64,000 nucleotides of DNA from Candidatus Woesearchaeota archaeon (GCA_003650545.1 QMQO01000003.1:15103-79102); one strand, 5' to 3'. Counted from the first letter of the stretch, positions 26,984-34,558 are shown. The notes: generated by a model from the letters alone, not told the origin. Numbers and translations: made by a program.

Positions 26984-27313
26984 TTAATGATATCGGTTTT
27001 TATATTCAGGATATTGTTCAAATAACTCTTTTTGTAATTGTTCATTTGAATTTTTAGAATTTTTGAGTATCCTCTTCACTTTTATTGAAAACCAGAATGA
27101 AGCAAATATCATAATTGCTCCTAAAATTATTACCACGCATATTGTATATAAAGTAATTCCATTAATGGCGATTATAATTGCTACAACAGAAAGCAGTAAA
27201 GCAATTAGAGAAATAGCAAAAGATAGCATAAATGTCGCAGTATTAGATAAAAAATCTCTGTTTGATTGATCAAATTGAATCCAAAAAAGTTTATCTTGTT
27301 TTGTTCTCTTCAT
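26984..27313 (-). CDS. hypothetical two-TM membrane protein
   Basis: 109 aa with two long hydrophobic helices. Its start overlaps the stop of the upstream fragment ORF (ATGA overlap). Confidence 0.35.
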   Translation of the reverse strand: MKRTKQDKLFWIQFDQSNRDFLSNTATFMLSFAISLIALLLSVVAIIIAINGITLYTICVVIILGAIMIFASFWFSIKVKRILKNSKNSNEQLQKELFEQYPEYKNRYH

Positions 27314-27798
27314 TTAATACAATCCTCAATTATTTTAATTTCTTTACTTTTTAGATTGTATAAGTCATAAAGAATAATATTTATCTGTTCAATAATCGCA
27401 TTTATTTGTCTTAATAATAAATTTTTTTCATGTTTTAAATCAGTTGAATTATATCTCTTTTTTAACTCGATTACATTGGAAACCATATTCACAATTTTAT
27501 CATGTTTATCTTTTTCAGAAGAATCATTAAAATTAATCCTTCTAATTGGTATTTCTCCAGCGAATTGCTTATTTGTGGCATAGAAGCCGCCACTCAGAAA
27601 AATGCTAGTTTTACTTATGAAAAATGATGCAATTGGACTGTTTAGAATTGCTATGAAATAAAATGGGTTTTCTTTCACTTCATCTTTTAGTATTATTCCA
27701 TTTGCACCCACATTATCAAGGCAATATTCACCTTGATTATCAATTGCTGAAACTGTCTTTTTAACGACATGAGGAATCAATATCTTTTTTAAATGCAC
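27310..27798 (-). pseudogene. C-terminal fragment of a type IIG/Eco57I-like restriction-modification enzyme (TaqI-like target-recognition domain)
   Basis: ...NPFYFIAILNSPIASFFISKTSIFLSGGFYATNKQFAGEIPIRRINF... followed by a helical tail (IEQINIILYDLYNLKSKEI) matches the pattern of the C-terminal specificity domain of N6-adenine methyltransferase/restriction-modification fusion enzymes. Only 162 codons remain, it has a GTG start, and no methyltransferase domain lies upstream. Confidence 0.5.
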
Positions 27799-27808
27799 GA
27801 AGTGCCTT

Positions 27809-27826
27809 TTTGAGTGTGTCCCCCTT
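27809..27826. repeat. right arm of the inverted repeat (tttgagtgtgtccccctt)
   Basis: See 26946-26963. It lies in the open frame just upstream of the restriction-modification-fragment ORF (…KKIRGTHSKRHF-VHLKK…). Confidence 0.85.
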
Positions 27827-27845
27827 ATCTTTTTTATTCTAAATT

Positions 27846-27863
27846 AACATCCGCGATCGCTGT
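27846..27863. repeat. palindrome-centred motif aacatccGCGATCGCtgt
   Basis: Second copy of the motif at 26150-26167. The sequence after it (to about 27925) aligns loosely with the spacer at 26168-26215. Confidence 0.8.
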
Positions 27864-27983
27864 TGTGCGAAGTAAGCCGCAGTTCGTGAGGGCTTATACG
27901 GGCCAGGTGAGGATTTATTTGTGAGGATTCAAGCTTTTTGAATGGGCTGAGGAGACTGTTTTTCTAATTTTTTTACTTCAGTA

Positions 27984-28101
27984 GCACCACCACTGGCGCC
28001 GGCGAGACAAATCAAAATCCCGATGAGCTTGCGAGTCGAGATTTTGATTTGGCGAGTAGGATTTGCAAAGCAAATCCGTCGGCTGCCTGTTGTGGTGGTG
28101 C
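27984..28101 (+). ncRNA. unclassified GC-rich Y-shaped structured element (candidate ncRNA or DNA structure)
   Basis: Helices read directly from the sequence. P1 pairs 27984-27993 gcaccaccac with 28092-28101 gtggtggtgc (10 bp). P1b pairs 27995-28003 with 28078-28087 (9 bp, including one G-U and one bulged U). P2 pairs 28008-28019 caaatcaaaatc with 28040-28051 gattttgatttg (12 bp, 20-nt loop). P3 pairs 28059-28066 ggatttgc with 28070-28077 gcaaatcc (8 bp, aaa loop). The strand assignment is weak and rests only on the single G-U pair. Confidence 0.35.
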
Positions 28102-28364
28102 ATATAATTCTCCATAAAAAAACAGCAATCCGAATGTACGCATAACTATTTCTTATAACTAGACTAGATTGTTGAGTTTTTTTGAAATAAATACCAAAAG
28201 ATATATATATTAAAGCTGCCAAATAAAAATTATATAAAAAATTAGTTGGATATAAAGATTTAAAGATTCCAAATGTTATTCAGATTTGAAAATTATAAAA
28301 AAAGTTGATACAATAGAGAATCTAAAATTTAATCAGCATAACTTGTTGAGGTGGTATTTTTCTG

Positions 28365-28601
28365 ATGACAGGGCCATTACAATCAAAAAAACTTCTAAGA
28401 GGAGCTAAAGTATATATCCACTTTAAAGATGAGTATGCTAAGATTGAGCACATCGATGTTGAACATCCTAAATTAAATGAAATTATTAAAGATAAGGAAA
28501 GTACGTATGCAGCTGGCAAGAAAGGCGGATTTTTTCTAGGGCTAAAGAAACCTATGTTAGAAAGGTTGAGGAAAATCTACAAGGTTAAATCTAAAGGTTA
28601 A
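28365..28601 (+). CDS. hypothetical small basic protein
   Basis: 78-aa ORF with a GAGGTGG SD about 12 nt upstream. No family recognised. Confidence 0.35.
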   Translation: MTGPLQSKKLLRGAKVYIHFKDEYAKIEHIDVEHPKLNEIIKDKESTYAAGKKGGFFLGLKKPMLERLRKIYKVKSKG

Positions 28602-28777
28602 AAGAATAAAATATAAATTGGAAAATTGTAAATAAATGTTCGGAATTAAATCTTCTTAAGACAAAAATTTAAATAACCCATCACACCATCGTTTTACCAT
28701 CTTCTGGGAATAACTATATCTTTATATACAAAATCACTAATCCAAATATAATAATCCAAATATAAAAGAGGTGCTAG

Positions 28778-30547
28778 ATGGTTGAGGTTTTTGCTAATGT
28801 ATTTGTACAGATGGGGATAATCATTATTGTTGCGACTCTTGGCGGCTATCTCTCTAGGCTTCTCAAACAACCTCTGATTCCACTTTATATCCTTATTGGA
28901 GTTCTGTTAGGACCAGAGTTAGGTTCACGTCTCGGTGCTATGCTAGGCATTAATTTTGCAGGCCTAATTACAAATCAAGCATTAATCCAAGATCTAGCGA
29001 TGTTTGGTATTGCTTTCTTGTTGTTCATAGTAGGCCTTGAGATGAACATAAAAAAGCTAAAAAACATCGGTCATATATCAATTATAGGAACACCAATTCA
29101 GGTTGCACTGATGTTCATATTTGGCTTTGTTATTACAACTGCTTTTCTTGGCAAATTCTTTCCTGGCACAAGGGACGCAATCTATATAGGATTAGTGCTG
29201 GCGTTCAGTAGCACTGTTGTGGTGATAAAGCTATTAGCAGATAGGCGTGAGCTAGATACATTACATGGGAGAATCGCTATTGGAATATTAATTGTGCAGG
29301 ATATCATAGCTATTTTAGCCATAACATTCTTGTCAGCGATTGGTGTTACATCTATTGTTAAACTCATACTTACATTATTAGGGGCTGTAGCGTTGATCGT
29401 GATAGCGTTGTTATTGGGTAAGTATGTGTTTCCGAAGATATTCAATTTCGCAGCTAAAAGTGAAGAGCTTCTGCTTTTAAGCTCTTTAGCAGTGCTATTT
29501 GTGTTTGTGTTTTTGTTTAATGCTATTGGTTTCTCAATAGCAATTGGTGCCTTTGTGGCAGGTCTAGCATTAGCTAATCTACCTTATAACTACGAAGTCA
29601 TTGGCAAGGTTAAATCAATAAAAGATTTTTTTGCTACAATATTTTTTGTGGCATTAGGTATGCAGTTTTCTTTAATAGGTATTAATACCTCGGTCTGGAT
29701 TCCGCTATTGATACTGTTTGTAATGATCGTGATAGCGAAACCAATAATATTTATGTTTCTTGGAGCTTTTTTTGGATATACCGAGCGTACTCTATTTTTA
29801 TTTTCTTTTTCACTTGGACAGGTTTCAGAATTCTCGCTCATCATAGTCAGCCTAGGTGTGCTAGAACTAAAACAGGCTTCAACCGCGTTATTATCCGTCA
29901 CTATTGTTCTTGCTATAGCCACAATTGCATTCACTTCTTACTTCATCAAGTTTGAAGATAAGATCTACAGATTCCTGAAGCCACGGTTTAAGATATTTAG
30001 CAGGACTACGGCAGACTTAGAGTATTTGCCTGCTAAATATGAATATGATATTATACAGATTGGCTATGATAGGATTGGCTATAGCATCCTAAAAACATTG
30101 CAAGATAAAAAAGATAGGGTTTTAATATGTGATTTTAATCCTGAGATAATTAAAAAACTCATCGTACAAAAGATTCCTTGTATTTATGGTGACGCGGCAG
30201 ATGAAGAGATACTAAAAAGGCTCCATCTAAATAAAGCCAAACTAGTGATATCAACTTCGCCGAATTTCGATGATAATGTAATAATCATAAGAAAAACAAA
30301 AGCAGCTAATAAGAGAGCACATGTTTTTGTAACTGCAAACACAGTTGATGAAGCACTAGAACTTTATAGGCATGGTGCTGATTATGTGATCATACCACAT
30401 TTTCTCGGTGGTGAAAAAGTTTCTTCAATATTAGAGCAAGCATCAAAGAATTACAGAAAGTTTAGATCATTAAAAAAAGAGCATGTAGCACATCTTAAAG
30501 AAAGATTAAAAATGGGGCATCGAAACACACTAAAGAATCATCGTTAA
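28778..30547 (+). CDS. CPA2-family cation:proton antiporter with C-terminal RCK/TrkA-N domain (Kef-type)
   Basis: An N-terminal polytopic membrane domain of about 390 aa shows typical Na+/H+-exchanger helices (LGPELG, VQDIIAIL). A C-terminal Rossmann region (IIQIGYDRIGYSILKTL...VLICDFNPE...IYGDAADEEIL) follows. Confidence 0.85.
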   Translation: MVEVFANVFVQMGIIIIVATLGGYLSRLLKQPLIPLYILIGVLLGPELGSRLGAMLGINFAGLITNQALIQDLAMFGIAFLLFIVGLEMNIKKLKNIGHISIIGTPIQVALMFIFGFVITTAFLGKFFPGTRDAIYIGLVLAFSSTVVVIKLLADRRELDTLHGRIAIGILIVQDIIAILAITFLSAIGVTSIVKLILTLLGAVALIVIALLLGKYVFPKIFNFAAKSEELLLLSSLAVLFVFVFLFNAIGFSIAIGAFVAGLALANLPYNYEVIGKVKSIKDFFATIFFVALGMQFSLIGINTSVWIPLLILFVMIVIAKPIIFMFLGAFFGYTERTLFLFSFSLGQVSEFSLIIVSLGVLELKQASTALLSVTIVLAIATIAFTSYFIKFEDKIYRFLKPRFKIFSRTTADLEYLPAKYEYDIIQIGYDRIGYSILKTLQDKKDRVLICDFNPEIIKKLIVQKIPCIYGDAADEEILKRLHLNKAKLVISTSPNFDDNVIIIRKTKAANKRAHVFVTANTVDEALELYRHGADYVIIPHFLGGEKVSSILEQASKNYRKFRSLKKEHVAHLKERLKMGHRNTLKNHR

Positions 30548-30559
30548 AGCGTATTAAAA

Positions 30560-30895
30560 ATGGACAAACAACTGTTAAAGCAACTAAAACAAAAAGTAAA
30601 ATTGCTTCCTGCTGTTACTAGGATTGGTAAGAATGGTTTAACTGATGCTGTTGTAAAGGAGATCATAAAACAATTAAACAAAAAGAAGCTTGTTAAGGTA
30701 AAACTGTTAAAAGCAGCGTTTGTGCAAACAGATAAAAAAGATCTAGTCGAAGACATTCTAAAAAAAACAAAAGCAGTGCTTGTTGATGTTACGGGATCTA
30801 ATGTTACTATTACAAAACGTGAAAAAAAGACAACATCTTATTTTAAAGCACACATGGTTTTAATTAATTCAAAGAAAAAAACAAAAAGAATATAA
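30560..30895 (+). CDS. YhbY/CRM-domain RNA-binding protein
   Basis: LKQKVKLLPAVTRIGKNGLTDAVVKEIIKQLNKKKLVKVKLL matches the hallmark of the CRS1/YhbY fold (IGKNGLT...L..ELIKVK). Confidence 0.7.
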   Translation: MDKQLLKQLKQKVKLLPAVTRIGKNGLTDAVVKEIIKQLNKKKLVKVKLLKAAFVQTDKKDLVEDILKKTKAVLVDVTGSNVTITKREKKTTSYFKAHMVLINSKKKTKRI

Positions 30896-30918
30896 AGCTA
30901 GAAAATATCAAATGAGAT

Positions 30919-32343
30919 ATGGCTGAAATAAAAAAAGAGGAAAAAAAAGAAGATAACACTAGTTTGGAGAAGTTTGGTTTTGAGAAAGAAGTATGGGAAA
31001 TAGCAAGATTTGCTAAGCCTGTCGAAACTGGCTTCCCAAAATCAGTTGCAACTTATCATTTTATTAACGAGTCTTTTACTCTGTCCATAGAAGAAACCTA
31101 TTTTTGGCTACTGAATTACATACAAACAGATGAAGGTTTTTACGAGGCTCATAAGATTACAGACCTTTTTGCTGCTGCAGAGCAGAGCTCTTTGTGGGGG
31201 ACGATATCGCAACGTCTAAGCTATCAGGAAGATCGTGTTTCTAATTATCTTGCTGTAATCAGCAAACAGATAAAAGAGTTGTTTCAGATCGTACGCGAGT
31301 TAAGAATTATAGACGAAAGATTGAACTATTATGATCTAAGTGCTAAGGGACACCTCGCAGCAGAAATCGCGTTAAAGGGAATCTGGATTGACATGGTTGA
31401 GGGGGCAAGCAAAAATCCAAGCTCAGTCTATGGTCTGGCGCAGCAGGTTGGTTTTGCAACCTTGCCTGATTTATTCTACGCAACGTTCCCAAAAAGTAAA
31501 GAAGATGTTGACGCGGTTGTGGACAAACTAGAGTTTAATAAAAAAGTCAAGGAAGTACTAAAGAGAAAATTGTTTTCATTTTTATTATGGAAAGAAGAAA
31601 CATACAAAGAGCTTAAAGCACGAAAAAGTTTCCAGCTAAAATTTTTAAGGCAGTTTTATGATGTAATGAAACTGTACATGTCCTGGATAAAGCCACATTT
31701 AAGGCATGTAAAACGTCTAATGGCAAAAGAAAAATTAAAAGAAGAAGCTGTGATAGCAGCTTTTGAGACAACTGCAATCGAGATTGAGACATTGCTAAGG
31801 CAACCGCAGCCTAACAAGCAGTTTCACCCTTGTGTATTAATCAATCTGAAATATACAACAAAACCTTCGCTAGGTTATCAGCAGGTTGAGAGCTATCAGC
31901 GCGGGCCTATACATGTAGGCAGAGTAGATGTATGGATACATGCTTATGCTTGGAGTGATGAAGAGTTAGAGAACTACAAGAAATATAAGAATGAAGAAGA
32001 TCTCGATTTATTAAAGTCTGTCTCTGCATCTGTTGAAGCTGCAATGGATGCTCTTGGAGACGATTTGAAGCGTTACTTGAAGGAGGCTGGTGAAGAGATA
32101 GAAGAACCAATAAAAGAAGAAGAGAAAATTAAACTCCCAACTATTCTAGATCCATTTATATCGGTTGTTAAAGGGTTTGGTGAACTCGGCAGTGTGTTCG
32201 GGTTCAGAATACCTGAGAAGAAGAAAGGGCCTAGTAAATGGGAGCTAGACAAACAGAGGAAAGACGCAGAGAATAACGCTAAGAAAGTTGCATGGCGTAC
32301 ATACAAAAACTATAAGAAAGCGCATAAGATGATAGCATGGTGA
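30919..32343 (+). CDS. hypothetical 474-aa protein (no recognisable family)
   Basis: A long ORF with ordinary composition, predicted helix-rich with an acidic/lysine-rich C-terminus. No catalytic or nucleotide-binding motif was spotted. Confidence 0.5.
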   Translation: MAEIKKEEKKEDNTSLEKFGFEKEVWEIARFAKPVETGFPKSVATYHFINESFTLSIEETYFWLLNYIQTDEGFYEAHKITDLFAAAEQSSLWGTISQRLSYQEDRVSNYLAVISKQIKELFQIVRELRIIDERLNYYDLSAKGHLAAEIALKGIWIDMVEGASKNPSSVYGLAQQVGFATLPDLFYATFPKSKEDVDAVVDKLEFNKKVKEVLKRKLFSFLLWKEETYKELKARKSFQLKFLRQFYDVMKLYMSWIKPHLRHVKRLMAKEKLKEEAVIAAFETTAIEIETLLRQPQPNKQFHPCVLINLKYTTKPSLGYQQVESYQRGPIHVGRVDVWIHAYAWSDEELENYKKYKNEEDLDLLKSVSASVEAAMDALGDDLKRYLKEAGEEIEEPIKEEEKIKLPTILDPFISVVKGFGELGSVFGFRIPEKKKGPSKWELDKQRKDAENNAKKVAWRTYKNYKKAHKMIAW

Positions 32344-32553
32344 TATTAGCTGTAATAGCTGTAATATGATTCTTAGAATACTTAGAAAATACTTAGAATA
32401 TGATACTGTTAATGTTTTTTTTAGATTTTGCGCAAAAATATTGAGCATGAATTTGCTTTATGCTCTATTCTTGAAGTTTTGAAAAGAGAAAAGAATTTTG
32501 AAAACCAAAATCAGCCTTAAAAAAAATCAAAAGGAAAAGAAAAATTAAATAAT

Positions 32554-33111
32554 CTAATAATAGTCAGATAAGAACGAAGGAATATCTAATTTATCATCGG
32601 GTAATCTGATGTTAGAACGCAAAATATCGATAAGATATATTTTCTCCTTTGGACCTTCTTTTAGTTTAGGTAGTCCGATCTCTTCACCAAATTTAACAAG
32701 ATACCCATTTGGTTTGCTCGAAAGGCTACAAGTCACCCCTATTTGTTGTCTCACTTCAACATTTTCAAATTTTGCAAAAATCGCCTTGCTAACATACTCT
32801 TTCATAACGCTTTCAACATGTTGTGCAATTGTTTTGTTAATCTGTAAAACATCATCGTACTGTACTTTATCTATACAGCTTATTAGCTCTTTATACATTC
32901 TTAAAACCGAGGTTCGATTAAAAAGCTTATCTCTGTATTCTTTTCTAAGATGCCATTGTGCACCACAAAGAATAACATATATCTCGCCAAACATCTCAAC
33001 TGGCCTTGCTAATCGCCAATTGATAATTGAAAGGCTATTTTCGACTTCATTACCAATAATTTTTCCAAGGTTATGTTTAATAGACTTATTCATTATCCAA
33101 AAATAATTCAT
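32554..33111 (-). CDS. hypothetical protein
   Basis: 185-aa ORF. The antisense ORF 32609..33106 is Ser/Leu-rich and looks like a shadow. No family recognised. Confidence 0.4.
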   Translation of the reverse strand: MNYFWIMNKSIKHNLGKIIGNEVENSLSIINWRLARPVEMFGEIYVILCGAQWHLRKEYRDKLFNRTSVLRMYKELISCIDKVQYDDVLQINKTIAQHVESVMKEYVSKAIFAKFENVEVRQQIGVTCSLSSKPNGYLVKFGEEIGLPKLKEGPKEKIYLIDILRSNIRLPDDKLDIPSFLSDYY

Positions 33112-33268
33112 CCATCTGTCTGTCTGTTAAAGGCTGATTGATTAATTCTTTAAAACCATCTTTACTTTTCTTTTTTAATTTTATTTCTTCTAATCCAAGT
33201 TCTTCTTCTGTTATGCTCATAATCAAAAAACCCAATAGGTTCTTTATAAAACTTTCGGTTTTCATCAC
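33086..33268 (-). CDS. hypothetical small protein
   Basis: 60-aa ORF overlapping the start of the downstream gene. No family recognised. Confidence 0.25.
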   Translation of the reverse strand: MMKTESFIKNLLGFLIMSITEEELGLEEIKLKKKSKDGFKELINQPLTDRQMDELFLDNE

Positions 33269-33350
33269 TGTCCAGAAGTCCTAATGCCTTAAAAAATATG
33301 AATAATATTTAAATACCATATTTAAATACCTTCAATTATTATTACTAAAA

Positions 33351-34127
33351 ATGGCACAATTGTCTGTCTATCTAAAAAGAGAGCTGATTAAGTATATAAA
33401 GGAAGAACTAGATCGTGGGGTTAAACTTTCAAAAATTCAAGAAGCCTTACTTAAAGGTGGCCATAATCGCAATCTTATAGATGAAGTGATCTATGATCTA
33501 AAAAAACATAACTTTGACATTGTTAAAGCATTAAGAGAGCCCCTAAGACTTAATCCTGAGGCAGAAGAGCTTTATTTTGATATTGTCGAATCCCTTGTTC
33601 GCTACATTGAACAACAACTTGAGCAGGGCTCAACAATTACTGAGGTAAAAGAGACCTTGCTTGATTTTGGTCATGCAGAAGAAACAATTAACAAAGCAAT
33701 AGACCGTGTTCTAGCTGCAAAAGAAAAAGCATCTCGCAGAATTAAGCTTAGTAGTGTAGCTTTATCAGCAATCATCCTGTTCGCAATTATGTTCACATTC
33801 AGTGCAATCACTCTAGAACCTTTTTCTTTAGTTGTAATTGCATTCTTCCCTTCAATACTAATGTTGGCTGTTGGCGCATTTTTTCGCGGGGAAAAAAATT
33901 TATTATTAGTGATGCCATTCTTATTAGCAATAATCTTTTTCCTACTTGGGAGCAAGGTAGGTGTGATAGCAAATATGGAAGTCGGACCATTGACATTTTA
34001 TAATCTAGTATTCAGCCTGGTGATAGCTGCTGTTATCTATGATAAAACAAAAAAAAGAAAAAGGCAATTAAAACTTCGTTGGAGCAAAAAAGAACAGGCA
34101 TTTACTCCAAAATTAGTAAAATTATAA
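33351..34127 (+). CDS. membrane protein with two N-terminal copies of a ~35-aa helical module
   Basis: The internal repeat is ELIKYIKEELDRGVKLSKIQEALLKGGHNRNLIDEVI and SLVRYIEQQLEQGSTITEVKETLLDFGHAEETINKAI. About 4 TM helices follow. Confidence 0.5.
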   Translation: MAQLSVYLKRELIKYIKEELDRGVKLSKIQEALLKGGHNRNLIDEVIYDLKKHNFDIVKALREPLRLNPEAEELYFDIVESLVRYIEQQLEQGSTITEVKETLLDFGHAEETINKAIDRVLAAKEKASRRIKLSSVALSAIILFAIMFTFSAITLEPFSLVVIAFFPSILMLAVGAFFRGEKNLLLVMPFLLAIIFFLLGSKVGVIANMEVGPLTFYNLVFSLVIAAVIYDKTKKRKRQLKLRWSKKEQAFTPKLVKL

Positions 34128-34237
34128 ATTACAACTCAGGAATAATAAAAAATCAAAGAATAAAAATCTATTGGAAAATTATAAATATCAGCGATACATT
34201 TTCCAGTTAAAGTGATATTAAAGTGATAGGTGTATAA

Positions 34238-34558
34238 ATGATAACACTTGGGGGAAATATAGAGCTTACAGGTTTTCGTGAGCTAGATAAAGGAGAACTT
34301 TCTGTAGTTAAGAAGATGGTTGGTAATTATGTTAAGCGCTTTAATGATCTTGCTAGTAATTTTGAGAAGTTAAAGCTAACAATGAGAGCCATAAGCCAAA
34401 CTCCGAAGTCAGAGATTTATGAGATCAATGCTCAAGTCATTGACAATGGTCAAACAATAAATGCAGAACATTCAGATAGAAATTTGTTTTTTTGTATTGA
34501 TCGCGTCCTGAAAAAGATCGAGAATAGTTTTGATGTTATTAAGGGAAAAAAGTTATAA
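34238..34558 (+). CDS. HPF/RaiA-like (ribosome hibernation factor-like) protein, tentative
   Basis: 106 aa. The pattern is colinear with bacterial HPF/YfiA: MITLGGNIELTGF..L...V.....KRF (compare MQLNITGNNVEIT..LR..V..KF.KL) and YEINAQVIDNGQTINAEHSDRNLFFCIDRVLKKIENSF (compare SDATLHVNGGEIHASAEGQDMYAAIDGLIDKLARQL). A TAGGTG SD is present. Confidence 0.4.
   Translation: MITLGGNIELTGFRELDKGELSVVKKMVGNYVKRFNDLASNFEKLKLTMRAISQTPKSEIYEINAQVIDNGQTINAEHSDRNLFFCIDRVLKKIENSFDVIKGKKL

Noticed and set aside
26793-26987. Track ORF (+, 64 aa, TTG start) spanning the GC-rich spacer
   Set aside because: Its composition and content (it reads through the 41-bp repeat and hairpins) look non-coding, and no SD is present. 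It is noted only because its 3' part carries one arm of the in-frame inverted repeat. I did not call it as a gene.
28020-28039. Hammerhead-like CUGAUGA core in the P2 loop (ccgatgagc...cgag)
   Set aside because: The sequence reads CCGAUGA, with the essential U4 replaced by C. There is no GAAA element and no cleavage-site helix, so it is not a hammerhead.
27984-28101. 5S rRNA or another known three-way-junction RNA
   Set aside because: The size and Y-shape are similar, but none of the conserved 5S loop sequences (for example the loop C/E consensus) are present, and the arms are perfect AU-rich hairpins atypical of 5S. tRNA, C/D-box (no RUGAUGA/CUGA pair) and H/ACA (no ACA box geometry) are also not supported.
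27840-28140. Archaeal SRP RNA or RNase P RNA (about 300 nt of GC-rich sequence)
   Set aside because: Neither strand has the helix-8 GNAR tetraloop or symmetric-loop motifs. The 5'/3' Alu-domain pairing is absent. Internal T-runs (27956-27977) split the region.
27929-28222. Track ORF (-, 97 aa)
   Set aside because: It is almost entirely made of the nested perfect helices of the Y-shaped element, and its amino-acid sequence is implausible. The region is better explained as structured non-coding DNA or RNA.
25212-28330. Diversity-generating retroelement (TR/VR repeat pair)
   Set aside because: The 41-bp repeats are identical, with no adenine-specific differences. They are not inside a target gene's 3' end, and no reverse transcriptase ORF is present.
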